A stretch of 64,000 bases of DNA from a virus, in the IMG/VR virus record IMGVR_UViG_3300013131_000002, positions 14,252 to 78,251 of that record, one strand, 5' to 3'. The notes under the pieces were generated by a model. It was not told the origin of the DNA. It did not search any database and saw nothing but the letters and a program-made list of their open reading frames with translations. How positions within the stretch are numbered: position 1 is the first letter of the stretch; the number at the start of each line of letters is the position of its first letter. Positions 1 to 9,186 of this stretch are shown here, in pieces. Made by a program: the position numbers and the translations under genes.

Positions 1-2
1 AT

Positions 3-137
3 ACTATTTGCCCAAAGGATTATGCTGATGAGTGGAGTGTAGCAATGACTGAGCTTATGGAGAAAGCAGCTAATGTAGTTATCAAGAACGGATTGCTAAA
101 AGCAGAAACATCAATCACTAACGTATGGAGTAAATAA
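3..137 (+). CDS. polA: DNA polymerase family A, C-terminal end (partial)
   Basis: Frame reads TICPKDYADEWSVAMTELMEKAANVVIKNGLLKAETSITNVWSK*, the typical tail after motif C of phage PolA ending in W-x-K. The stop overlaps the next ATG (TAATG). Confidence 0.7.
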   Translation, partial: TICPKDYADEWSVAMTELMEKAANVVIKNGLLKAETSITNVWSK

Positions 138-493
138 TGGCTAAAAACGAAGACGAAATTAAAATACTAACATTACTAATGTGGTTACAAGCTGCTGTAT
201 ATGCTGCAGATGAATGTCAAGAGATACCTTGGTTCAATACCAAGAGAACTAAACAGTTTCTCAAAACCACTGTTGACGTCATTCTGAAAGAGCATGGTGA
301 AATCATTAAAGTTTTATGGAGTACAGATGGTGTGCAAATGCCTGAGATTACTAGAGCTATAGAAGAATTCACCAGACTCTTATCTACTACTGAGTATTTC
401 AATCTGCCTGAAGTATCTGCTTTACTTAGAGCTTATCAGGCAGGAGAATTTGAAGAAACATTTAATCTTACAAGAGATGGACAAAAATCTTAA
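137..493 (+). CDS. hypothetical protein
   Basis: 118-aa ORF, translationally coupled to the upstream gene. Confidence 0.7.
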   Translation: MAKNEDEIKILTLLMWLQAAVYAADECQEIPWFNTKRTKQFLKTTVDVILKEHGEIIKVLWSTDGVQMPEITRAIEEFTRLLSTTEYFNLPEVSALLRAYQAGEFEETFNLTRDGQKS

Positions 494-713
494 AAGAAGA
501 AATCTGTCTGGTATTTACATCTTTGAAACATTTGAAGGTGAGGAGAAACATCAACCTACATGCTTTGAGGATTGTACAGAAGCAACTCAAGACAAATGGT
601 TAGATTCATTAGAATCAGAAGCATTAAAGAATCTTGCTAAACATTTAGCCAAGACTCTGATTCAAGTTGCTGACTTTGCTAGAGTAGTGAATGGAGGTGA
701 AGATGAACAGTAA
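477..713 (+). CDS. hypothetical phage protein (RRNLSGIY...PTCFEDC motif)
   Basis: ORF 450-713; the ATG at 477 is the more likely start. Confidence 0.65.
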   Translation: MDKNLKRRNLSGIYIFETFEGEEKHQPTCFEDCTEATQDKWLDSLESEALKNLAKHLAKTLIQVADFARVVNGGEDEQ

Positions 714-945
714 TTTACCAGCGGGAGCTGAGAATCATCCAAATAATCCTTGGGATTGCTCTGATACCTATTGTCCTGAGTGTGAATCAGAAGGTATTGC
801 TAATCTAGTTGACGAGTATTTAAAAGCTCATCCTGATTGTGAAGATTGGGACGAAGCTTATGAGAAAATTGACGAGTTAGGGTGTATAAGTCTTTGCAGA
901 GATTGTCATTATAGTGATCTACAATGGGAGGATCACGATGATTAA
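703..945 (+). CDS. small Zn-finger-like protein (NLPAGA..HP..PW start; CPEC and CRDC)
   Basis: Two CxxC pairs; overlaps both neighbours. Confidence 0.6.
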   Translation: MNSNLPAGAENHPNNPWDCSDTYCPECESEGIANLVDEYLKAHPDCEDWDEAYEKIDELGCISLCRDCHYSDLQWEDHDD

Positions 946-1234
946 TCCAGAGAGAGCAACACAAATGGTAAAGCATCTTATAGATAAGATGTTTGAATAT
1001 GCTAACCTTGATGTTAAGTATGAAGATGTACTAGGTCGTAAAGACGATTGGTATATTCAGTATACAATGACACAAGAACAGCATGATGCATGGAGAGAAT
1101 ACTCTGTGAAATACATTAAGAAGGAAAGTAAGAAACCAATGAAATGGGCAGAGTTAGAATTTGCCTGGTTTGACCTTTCCTACGGGCTTAAAGTGGAGCA
1201 GCCTGAGCCTCCCGAATTAGATAACATAAATTAA
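938..1234 (+). CDS. hypothetical protein
   Basis: ORF 914-1234; the ATG at 938 is the likely start. Confidence 0.65.
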   Translation: MINPERATQMVKHLIDKMFEYANLDVKYEDVLGRKDDWYIQYTMTQEQHDAWREYSVKYIKKESKKPMKWAELEFAWFDLSYGLKVEQPEPPELDNIN

Positions 1235-1235
1235 A

Positions 1236-1406
1236 ATGAAGAAGTTATTCTTTCTTGCACTTGTACTTGCTTCATGTAAGCAGGCACCAGTAAACATTAC
1301 AGTTCATTGTCCAGAATCAAAAGACACAACGAAACTGTTTGACTTAGAAACTGTAGGGACTACAACAGATCCAACAGAAGAAGAACTTAATCAATTAAAC
1401 AATTAA
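1236..1406 (+). CDS. small lipoprotein (56 aa, not in the ORF track)
   Basis: MKKLFFLALVLAS-C: basic N-terminus, hydrophobic core and lipobox LASC; it fills the gap between neighbours. Confidence 0.75.
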   Translation: MKKLFFLALVLASCKQAPVNITVHCPESKDTTKLFDLETVGTTTDPTEEELNQLNN

Positions 1407-1411
1407 TCAAG

Positions 1412-1726
1412 ATGATTACAACAATCGTAATTTTATCAATAGTAGTGGTAGTGCTACTATTTGTCGTGCTTATTGCATCTAATGCAACTCAAAGACTTAT
1501 CAGAGAGATTAAGTATCTAGAAGATATTCTTGAAGCTAAAAACGATGCTTTGAGTGGTTATTTAGAAGCTTATCAAGAACAGGTTGATGCAAATGCTGAT
1601 CTTAGGTATGCTCTTCATGCATTTAAAAGCACTAAAAAACCTGTAGGTCGTCCTAAAGGCTCTAAGAACAAGGTTGTTAAGCCTAAGTTTGATAAGCAGA
1701 AGTTTAACGATAAATACGGGAAGTAA
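1412..1726 (+). CDS. membrane-anchored coiled-coil protein with a C-terminal AT-hook-like motif
   Basis: N-terminal TM helix, heptad region, KKPVGRPKGSKNK. Confidence 0.7.
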   Translation: MITTIVILSIVVVVLLFVVLIASNATQRLIREIKYLEDILEAKNDALSGYLEAYQEQVDANADLRYALHAFKSTKKPVGRPKGSKNKVVKPKFDKQKFNDKYGK

Positions 1727-1911
1727 TGCCTGATATTACAATGTGTAAGGGGAGTGACTGTCCCCTTGCTTCTACCTGTTACAGACATACAGCTAAGTCA
1801 AACCCTTATCGACAAGCTTATTTTTATGCCCCACCTTGGGATGAAGAAACTAAGAATTGTGATTACTATTTACCTAACGAAAAAATCGACGTAAAATCAG
1901 ATGACAAATGA
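1726..1911 (+). CDS. small Cys-rich phage protein (MPDITMC family)
   Basis: PDITMCxGxxCPLxxxCYR...C pattern. Confidence 0.7.
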   Translation: MPDITMCKGSDCPLASTCYRHTAKSNPYRQAYFYAPPWDEETKNCDYYLPNEKIDVKSDDK

Positions 1912-2471
1912 CAAAGAAAAAATCGAAAACAATTTACTCAGCTCGTCGGAGACAGCAAATCTTACCTATGATAGAATCTTTAAAGGATTCCTCGATAGAA
2001 TTGAAGAAGTCACAAGACCCTCTGGACATAGCAGAGATGATGTTCAAGATAGTTGAGCATTTATTTGTTATTCCGAGAGAAGAGTTCTTAAATGAAGGTA
2101 GAGCTAGAGATCACGTTATTAGACGTTGTTTGATAGCTAATCTTATTGGAACTTTTACAGACATCAGAGATTACAAGATTGGTGAGCTTCTAGGACGTGA
2201 TAGAACGACTATTCTTCACATGTTTAGAGTTCATGATGATTTAATTTATTCTGACAAAGTTTATAAAGACTGGTTTGAAAGAGCTTCAAGTTTGTATGCT
2301 AGATCTAATTACTTCCCTAAGGTTGATAATGTAACGATGGATAGTATCATCGAAAAGATTATCAAAATCAACGAAGATGTGGAAGAATTAAATGCCATGT
2401 TAGGTAATCTACTAGTTAACACAAAATCACTTAAAGATGTCTCAACTACAGACCAAGCTCTTACAGATTAA
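1908..2471 (+). CDS. DnaA domain IV-like HTH DNA-binding protein
   Basis: GRARDHVIRR...IGELLGRDRTTILH resembles the DnaA C-terminal motif IG..F.GRDHTTV.H. Confidence 0.65.
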   Translation: MTKKKSKTIYSARRRQQILPMIESLKDSSIELKKSQDPLDIAEMMFKIVEHLFVIPREEFLNEGRARDHVIRRCLIANLIGTFTDIRDYKIGELLGRDRTTILHMFRVHDDLIYSDKVYKDWFERASSLYARSNYFPKVDNVTMDSIIEKIIKINEDVEELNAMLGNLLVNTKSLKDVSTTDQALTD

Positions 2472-3636
2472 AGATCAAGAGCAAAAGAAAGCATTGACTG
2501 CTTGGAAGGATGCAGACTACATAGGCACTGTTATAGCCGGTACAGGATTCGGAAAGAGTCGTGTTGGAGTAATTGCCTGTGGAGCTATGATTCGTAAACA
2601 TGGAGGTAGAGGATTAGTCTTGGTCCCTACCAATCAGCTGCAAGACCAATTTGAAGAAGAGTTCAAGAAGTGGAGTTATGAAGATGTGTTAGAGAGTGTA
2701 GACATTCTCTGCTATGCATCAGCTCATAAACTACGAGATAAATCTTACACTGTTACAATAGCAGATGAGGTGCATCTTGGTTTGTCCCCAATCTATCGTG
2801 AAGTGTTTCTTCAAAATGACCACAAAAGACTTCTTTGTATGACTGCCACTGCCCCAGAGGAAGAGGAGTATGAAGAAGTTCTTGATGAGATAGCCCCAAC
2901 GGTCTATACCATCACCCTAGATGAATGTGTACAGAAAGGACTAGTTGCCCCTTATTCTATCCATTGCATCCCCGTTCCATTGACTGAAGAAGAGAGAGCT
3001 GCTTATAAATCTGCAAACAATGCTTTTGTTCATTATAAGTATCATCTCGGAATGTACAATGCTTTCGAGGAAGCAGGAAGAATACTTAAGGACCCTAGTG
3101 CTTCTCCTGTACAGAAGAAGAATGCAACTTTGTTCTACAAAGCTATTCGAGATAGGAAGGAAGTCGTACAGAAGGCCCATAACAAAATTCTTTATACTGC
3201 ACTGATAGCTTCTGCTAAGTCAGATAAGAAAATACTAACGTTTGCCGGAAGTAATGAATTCACTAACCAAATGCATAGAGAATTGAATGAGTCTAACTGC
3301 CCTGCAGCAAGATTCCATTCAGCTCTTGGTAAGAAAGAGAAGGACAAAGCTCTCAAGGATTTCAAATCAAATGAGGTAAGAATACTGTGTTCTACCAAGG
3401 CATTGAATCAAGGATTCGATGTACCAGATGCACAGCTAGGAATCATTTGTGGCCTTGATAGCAAAGCATTAGCCATGATTCAGAGAGTTGGGAGATTGCT
3501 ACGACTTAGCCCTAATAAGGTTGGGGAAGTAGTGATACTTTACGTGAAAGATTCTCAAGAGGAGAAGTGGCTAAGAAGTTCTATCGAAAGTTTATCAAAT
3601 ATAGTTTGGTGTGACGATATTTCTTCTTATATTTGA
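2437..3636 (+). CDS. superfamily 2 DNA helicase (UvsW/Rad25-like)
   Basis: Walker A GTGFGKS, DEVH, MTAT, GFDVP, QRVGRLLR. Confidence 0.9.
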   Translation: MSQLQTKLLQIKDQEQKKALTAWKDADYIGTVIAGTGFGKSRVGVIACGAMIRKHGGRGLVLVPTNQLQDQFEEEFKKWSYEDVLESVDILCYASAHKLRDKSYTVTIADEVHLGLSPIYREVFLQNDHKRLLCMTATAPEEEEYEEVLDEIAPTVYTITLDECVQKGLVAPYSIHCIPVPLTEEERAAYKSANNAFVHYKYHLGMYNAFEEAGRILKDPSASPVQKKNATLFYKAIRDRKEVVQKAHNKILYTALIASAKSDKKILTFAGSNEFTNQMHRELNESNCPAARFHSALGKKEKDKALKDFKSNEVRILCSTKALNQGFDVPDAQLGIICGLDSKALAMIQRVGRLLRLSPNKVGEVVILYVKDSQEEKWLRSSIESLSNIVWCDDISSYI

Positions 3637-3672
3637 ATACGATTACTTATAGAAAGTATAACAAAAACTTTT

Positions 3673-4239
3673 ATGATCATTGAAATTGATACAGAGAAGC
3701 TGATACAACTAGAGTTGACAGCTGATGAGTTCTTGTTCTTATCTATGCTTAGTCGTGACCTTGATTCTAGTGACTTAAAGTTAATTGTTGACCGTGAGAG
3801 ATTGCAAACCAACGGGTGGATTAAACTGGGAGAGGAGGACGAATGTACATTGAGAGAAAAATTTAACGACGAATTCTCAACTACAGAAGATGCCATATGG
3901 CACGGCCTCCTTTCTCATTATCCACTTAAAGTAATTGCAAGTGGAACGGTCAGAATCCTTAGAGCTAAAGATCCCAACTCTAAGGCAAATGCTAAAGCTA
4001 AAAGTCGTTACCTTAAATACATAGGAAAGAATAAACAAAAGCACGAACACGTTATTGAGTGTCTGCAACGAGAGCTCCTATTACGTAGAAAAGGGAATAA
4101 CTTAGGTTATATGCAACAGCTAGAAACTTGGATTAATAATCACACATGGGAGAAGTACAGTGATCTAAGTGATGGAGAACAATCCAAATCAAAACCTGAG
4201 TCATCAGGCTCAGAAGGTAGAATCACAAGGCAACTTTGA
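3673..4239 (+). CDS. putative replication initiator / helicase-loader-type protein
   Basis: N-terminal wHTH-like part; C-terminal YP...TWINNHTWEKY as in phage replisome organisers; directly upstream of DnaB. Confidence 0.55.
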   Translation: MIIEIDTEKLIQLELTADEFLFLSMLSRDLDSSDLKLIVDRERLQTNGWIKLGEEDECTLREKFNDEFSTTEDAIWHGLLSHYPLKVIASGTVRILRAKDPNSKANAKAKSRYLKYIGKNKQKHEHVIECLQRELLLRRKGNNLGYMQQLETWINNHTWEKYSDLSDGEQSKSKPESSGSEGRITRQL

Positions 4240-5152
4240 CGATTCGTTAAAGGAGTTCAGACACATCTCATTATCAGTAGACAAGTCAATCGAAGAAATT
4301 AAAGCTGCTCAGAGTGGCTCAAGGATTGTCTTCCCTACTGGATGGCCGAGATTGAATAAGAACTTGCTTGGTGGACTACAAAAAGGTAAGATGTACGTTA
4401 TTGCCGGTCGTCCTGGTGTAGGTAAATCTGCATTTTCAAACCAATTAATTTTCGACGTGCTCGATAACAACAAAGACAAGAAAGTAATAGTTCTGTACTG
4501 GACGTTCGAGATGCCTGACTATCAGCAGATCATGAGAGCTGCATCAAATAAGGCACAACTCCAGTTTTCACAGTTATACAGTGTCGACCAAAAGTTATCA
4601 GACCAAAATGTTAAGAAGTATGAAGATGCCGTAGACACTTACAGGAAGTATCCTATCTTTTTCTGCTCCATTCCACAGAACATGGTGAAGATTAAAGAGA
4701 TTAACAACAGAGTATTCCAAAGATACCCTGAACACACAATCATTAATCTTTACGACCATTCGAGATTGATTCTAGGCTCAGAAGACACAGAGCTTCAGAA
4801 GCTGAATCAAGTATCGAAGACTTGTATGTGGTTGCAAGCACGAATGGGTAGTATTTCTATTCTGTTGTCACAGCTAAACAGGAATATCGAGCAAGAGTAT
4901 CGTGCCAAACAACAGTATCAACCACAGCTTACAGACCTATTCGGTGGTGATTCTATTGGGCAAGATGCTCACGTAGTGATGATGCTACAAAGACCATTCG
5001 ACCTTTACGGTATTACAGATGCTTATTGTGGAGAGGATCCTGAGGGGTTGTTAGCCTGTCATATCGAGAAGAATCGTGATGGTCAATTGGGTATGATTCC
5101 CTACGAAGCTGATTTGTCAACATTCAATTTGACAGAACGTGTTAAAAAGTAA
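4169..5152 (+). CDS. dnaB: DnaB-like replicative helicase (ATPase domain only)
   Basis: TGWPRLN, AGRPGVGKS, LSQLNR, IGQDAHVV, KNRDG. Confidence 0.92.
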   Translation: MMENNPNQNLSHQAQKVESQGNFDDSLKEFRHISLSVDKSIEEIKAAQSGSRIVFPTGWPRLNKNLLGGLQKGKMYVIAGRPGVGKSAFSNQLIFDVLDNNKDKKVIVLYWTFEMPDYQQIMRAASNKAQLQFSQLYSVDQKLSDQNVKKYEDAVDTYRKYPIFFCSIPQNMVKIKEINNRVFQRYPEHTIINLYDHSRLILGSEDTELQKLNQVSKTCMWLQARMGSISILLSQLNRNIEQEYRAKQQYQPQLTDLFGGDSIGQDAHVVMMLQRPFDLYGITDAYCGEDPEGLLACHIEKNRDGQLGMIPYEADLSTFNLTERVKK

Positions 5153-5175
5153 ACTTATAAGTTAACAAGTAAAGA

Positions 5176-5880
5176 ATGGAGTTAGTACTGCCAACAGAGA
5201 AGGTCGCTGCCCTTCGTAAGAGTCCTAGACATATGATTATCTACGGACCACCTAAGATAGGTAAAACAACAGCACTTGCTAAACTTGATGGATGTCTTAT
5301 CATAGACCTAGAGCAAGGGTCGGATATGGTAGAAGCACTGAAAGTTAAAGCAGCTAGTCTAAAAGAGTTAAGTGAAGTTGGTAAAGCAATTATGAAAGCT
5401 GGAAAGCCTTACAAATATATTGCTATCGACACCTTAACTCAGTTAGAAGTATGGTGTGAAGCAGAGGGTAAAGAGCTCTATCGTCAAACTCCAATGGGTA
5501 AGAACTTCGATTCCGATAACAAGGGATTGTCAGTTTTAAGTTTACCTAACGGTGCAGGCTATTTGTATTTACGAATGGCTGTAAAGAAGTGGATGGATAG
5601 ACTAGAGACTTTGTCTGACCACATCATCTACATCGGTCACTTAAAAGATAAGCAGATCGAGAAGAAAGGTAAGGAGGTATCAGCTAAAGATTTAGACTTG
5701 ACTGGTAAGATCCGTAGTATTGCTTGTGCTAACTCAGATGCCATTGGCTATGTGTATAGAAACGAGGACAAAACTATGATCTCATTCAATTCATCTGATG
5801 ATGTCACTGCCGGCTCACGTTGTGAGCATTTAAGAGGTCAAGAGATGGAGCTTGACTGGAGTAAAATTTATATTGATTAA
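5176..5880 (+). CDS. AAA_24 / Sak4-like ATPase (single-strand annealing protein)
   Basis: IYGPPKIGKTT, IIDLEQGS, IAIDTLT, IGH. Confidence 0.85.
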   Translation: MELVLPTEKVAALRKSPRHMIIYGPPKIGKTTALAKLDGCLIIDLEQGSDMVEALKVKAASLKELSEVGKAIMKAGKPYKYIAIDTLTQLEVWCEAEGKELYRQTPMGKNFDSDNKGLSVLSLPNGAGYLYLRMAVKKWMDRLETLSDHIIYIGHLKDKQIEKKGKEVSAKDLDLTGKIRSIACANSDAIGYVYRNEDKTMISFNSSDDVTAGSRCEHLRGQEMELDWSKIYID

Positions 5881-5896
5881 TTAAAACTGTAAGAAA

Positions 5897-6256
5897 ATGT
5901 CTATAGAGGCAACAATTCAACAAAACCGAACAGTTGCAAATAATGCAACAACTGAAGGACCAATCACTTTAACTGTGACTGGAATTATTAACGACTTAAA
6001 CGATGGCATCGATCGTGAAGGTATTGCAACTAAGTATGGCTTGACTAAAGCTGAAGTTACTGAGTTGTTCAAGCACCCTAAATTGACTGGCTTACGTGCT
6101 CGTAAAAAGATTCCAGTACGTTTTACATTGGTCGATGACACTCTTGTTAGCAAGTCTAGCCTTAATGAGTTAGAGCAACATGCAGATCCAAACCAAATGG
6201 ATTTAATGGATGCTATTCAAGAGCATGTAACAACTGAAGAAGCTATCAGCAACTGA
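5897..6256 (+). CDS. hypothetical protein, possible HTH
   Basis: 119-aa ORF; REGIATKYGLTKAEV is HTH-like. Confidence 0.65.
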   Translation: MSIEATIQQNRTVANNATTEGPITLTVTGIINDLNDGIDREGIATKYGLTKAEVTELFKHPKLTGLRARKKIPVRFTLVDDTLVSKSSLNELEQHADPNQMDLMDAIQEHVTTEEAISN

Positions 6257-6320
6257 GAGTTCCGTCAGCAACAGGACATAGTGTATAAAACTTATTTTTG
6301 TTAAATTTAAATTAGATAAA

Positions 6321-7094
6321 ATGGCAATTGAGTCAAACAATTCAGAAGAAGTAGTAGCAGGTGGTGGTTATCAGTTATATACTGGTATTGCCCCTGTAAG
6401 TGTAGTGGCAGTTAACCCTACTCAAGCAGAACTCCAAGCAATTGGAATTAATGCTAAAGATGAACCAAACTATAGTGTTGAGATCAACAACGAAGAGTAC
6501 AACAAAGTTGTATTCTATCTTCGTCACGATGATCCTAATGTAACTGTACGTTTCGACATCTTGATGAAGCCAGAAGTTCGTACTTCTAAAAGTGGAGACA
6601 AGTATATGTGGATTAACAACATCGGTCAGATGACTTGGAGTGCAGACGTTCCTGCATATGATTGGTGGAAGAACTCTGACACTAGCCGTAAAGCTTATGT
6701 TGGAGAGGACACACTTGTTAACTTCACTAAAGCCTGGGCTAACGTTGCTAACGGTGGCAAGATTAGTTTCGATACTATCGATTCTATTGCTAAAGGTGAT
6801 GTTAAAGAGTTGAAGGAGTATGTTAAAGCATTAGCTGCTAACAAACTTCGTGTGTTGATCGGTGTTAAAGATGAGAAGTATCAGACTGTTTATAACCGTC
6901 ACTTCGGTCGTCTTAAGCCAGCCAACGACAACTTGTTCGTTAAAGCTCTTAACGAGGATTATGGTTCTTTCAATGCTGAGTACAGCAAAGATCTTAAGTT
7001 TGGGGTTTATTCTCCATCGATGATCGTAGCTGATGCTAAGGAAGAGTCTACGACTCCTTTCAAAGAAGCTGATGATAAGGACGATTGGATGTAG
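6321..7094 (+). CDS. putative single-stranded DNA-binding protein
   Basis: YTGIAPVSVVAVNPT start, acidic tail DDKDDWM, located after Sak4 and before primase. Confidence 0.7.
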   Translation: MAIESNNSEEVVAGGGYQLYTGIAPVSVVAVNPTQAELQAIGINAKDEPNYSVEINNEEYNKVVFYLRHDDPNVTVRFDILMKPEVRTSKSGDKYMWINNIGQMTWSADVPAYDWWKNSDTSRKAYVGEDTLVNFTKAWANVANGGKISFDTIDSIAKGDVKELKEYVKALAANKLRVLIGVKDEKYQTVYNRHFGRLKPANDNLFVKALNEDYGSFNAEYSKDLKFGVYSPSMIVADAKEESTTPFKEADDKDDWM

Positions 7095-7118
7095 TTGAAA
7101 CCTTAACCAAAAAAAGTC

Positions 7119-7151
7119 AGGGGGTTACATATTGTAACCCTCTTTCTTTTT
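7119..7151 (+). terminator. intrinsic terminator after SSB
   Basis: AGGGGGTTACA-tat-TGTAACCCTCT hairpin followed by a T-tract. Confidence 0.8.
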
Positions 7152-7165
7152 AATTTAGCCTCCCT

Positions 7166-8149
7166 ATGATTGAATCAAGAAGCAGTGATGCATACTTGCA
7201 TAAGGATTCTATATTGTGTAGGATATCTGAGTACGACATTTTCAGATATTATTGTCACAATTTTAAGAATTTTGGTGACAAGTTTTGCAGTGAGCTAAGA
7301 GAGGATAGGTCCCCAACGTGCTCAATTATACCATTCAATGGTAAAGTTCTTTACAAAGATTTTGGGAGTGGAGATAGCCATGATTGTTTCTCTTATGTAC
7401 AAGCAAAATTTGGGTTAACATTCTCAGAAGCAATGAGAGTTATTGACACTGATTTTGGATTGGGATTGCAGTCAGGTTCTGTTATTAAAAGTCAAGTAGC
7501 TATTACGTATGGGAATCAACAGGTTATAGAAAGACGGCCTACCAAACTTGCAAAACGTGCAAGAAAATGGTCGGAGGAAGATAAAAATTTCTGGAGCCAA
7601 TTCCACATTTCTAAGAGGTTATTGACTAAATTTGGTGTCGAACCAATTGATTATTTTTGGATTAATGAAGCACGTTACCGTTGCCACACTCCTAGTTATG
7701 TATATAACATTAATGGTAGTTATAAAATCTACAGACCATTTGAAACAGAGGGTAAGTGGTATAGCAACACTTCTAAAGATGACATCCAAGGGTGGGAGCA
7801 ACTAAAAGACAATGGAGACATTGTTATTCTAGCCTCTTCTCTCAAGGATGTCATGTGCTTAAATGTATTGGGGTATGAAGCTATTGCTCTACAGAGTGAG
7901 ATGCAGATGCCTGATGCAACATTAATCAATCAGTTAAGGGAGAGATTTGAAGTTGTAGCTGTCTTGTATGATAATGATTTTGAGAAAGAGACAAATCCTG
8001 GCCAGACAATGGCTAATAAAATTTGCTCTGAGTTCAATCTAATTAACATAATTTTGCCAGCCCACTACAAATCGAAAGATATTTCGGATCTGATAAGAGA
8101 TCATGGGATAGAAGTGGCAGAGAAGATTGTTAAAATTCAATTACCGTAA
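7166..8149 (+). CDS. dnaG: DnaG-like primase (crAss type)
   Basis: N-terminal degenerate Zn-binding domain (CSELREDRSPTC...YKDFG...DCF); TOPRIM SSLKD and YDND; KDISD. Confidence 0.85.
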   Translation: MIESRSSDAYLHKDSILCRISEYDIFRYYCHNFKNFGDKFCSELREDRSPTCSIIPFNGKVLYKDFGSGDSHDCFSYVQAKFGLTFSEAMRVIDTDFGLGLQSGSVIKSQVAITYGNQQVIERRPTKLAKRARKWSEEDKNFWSQFHISKRLLTKFGVEPIDYFWINEARYRCHTPSYVYNINGSYKIYRPFETEGKWYSNTSKDDIQGWEQLKDNGDIVILASSLKDVMCLNVLGYEAIALQSEMQMPDATLINQLRERFEVVAVLYDNDFEKETNPGQTMANKICSEFNLINIILPAHYKSKDISDLIRDHGIEVAEKIVKIQLP

Positions 8150-8153
8150 ACCA

Positions 8154-8369
8154 ATGGAGACACCGTATTATACAGACCCTATCGTAAGAACCAGAATAGA
8201 TGAGATTTTGCAAAAGTGTGCAACTTTATTTTCTAATCTCGGAACTTCGACTAACTTTGACGTGCAAACACCACTAAGGGCAAAAGAAACAGAACGTCAA
8301 TGGCTAAAAGAAATTCAAGAACTAGATCCAACACTGTACGAAAAGCTAGTACCAAGTCAAGAGGATTAA
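8154..8369 (+). CDS. hypothetical protein
   Basis: ORF 8127-8369; the ATG at 8154 is the likely start. Confidence 0.6.
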   Translation: METPYYTDPIVRTRIDEILQKCATLFSNLGTSTNFDVQTPLRAKETERQWLKEIQELDPTLYEKLVPSQED

Positions 8370-8803
8370 CCAAAGGAAAGATTCAAGCAAGACAGAAAGA
8401 AGTAGATGGGATTAAGTTCAAATCTATGCTGGAAGTCTTCTGCTACAAGAAGCTGAAAGAACTCGGAGTAGACTTTACTTACGAAGAGCATTCTTATCAG
8501 TTGACTGATGGTTTCTATTATCCTTGTCCAATCTTTGAAACTAAAGGTACAAGTAAAGAATTCGTAGATAAGAGTAAGGATAAGATTCGTGGGATTTCTT
8601 ACACACCAGACTTTGTAAGTCACGATGCAGATGGTAAGCTGCTATGGGTGATAGAATGTAAAGGTTTTGCTAATGATAGATTTCCAAACACTTGGAAGAA
8701 CTTCAAGAAGCATCTAATCGATACTGATTCTGTCTGTCCGTTATTCTTACCAAAAGATCAAAAACAAGTACTACAGGTGATTCAGCTCATATCTGAGCTA
8801 TAA
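8300..8803 (+). CDS. PD-(D/E)xK endonuclease (T7 endonuclease I / Holliday junction resolvase-like)
   Basis: DGIKFKSMLE, YTPDF, IECKG. Confidence 0.85.
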   Translation: MAKRNSRTRSNTVRKASTKSRGLTKGKIQARQKEVDGIKFKSMLEVFCYKKLKELGVDFTYEEHSYQLTDGFYYPCPIFETKGTSKEFVDKSKDKIRGISYTPDFVSHDADGKLLWVIECKGFANDRFPNTWKNFKKHLIDTDSVCPLFLPKDQKQVLQVIQLISEL

Positions 8804-8823
8804 ACCTCAAATTTTTAAGAAAT

Positions 8824-9186
8824 ATGAGCTTAACTATTAATGAAAGCTCTATGTTTCTTAAACCACAAACTCTTAAAAAGGGAGACTTAATTATTATCTC
8901 TATTGGTAGTGGGATACACTATGCTATCTACGATAGTATGAAAGACGAAAGCAAGATTTATTTCTATCATTTAGGAGGGTCTTGGTGGGAGCATCCTTAC
9001 CACGATAAAAGAGATAATCAAGATGCTTCATGGCTATATAAAAAGATTAACAACCCTGGATTAGGGTCTGTTGACTTTACCAATAGTCATGGAAGTAAGA
9101 GAGTGGCCCCTTTACCACAAGAGTGGTGTACTAAGAAACTATTAGAGATTCAAAAAGATTACAAAAAAGCTAGAAACTTATTATGA
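8824..9186 (+). CDS. hypothetical protein
   Basis: 120-aa ORF, ATGA overlap with rIIA. Confidence 0.65.
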   Translation: MSLTINESSMFLKPQTLKKGDLIIISIGSGIHYAIYDSMKDESKIYFYHLGGSWWEHPYHDKRDNQDASWLYKKINNPGLGSVDFTNSHGSKRVAPLPQEWCTKKLLEIQKDYKKARNLL

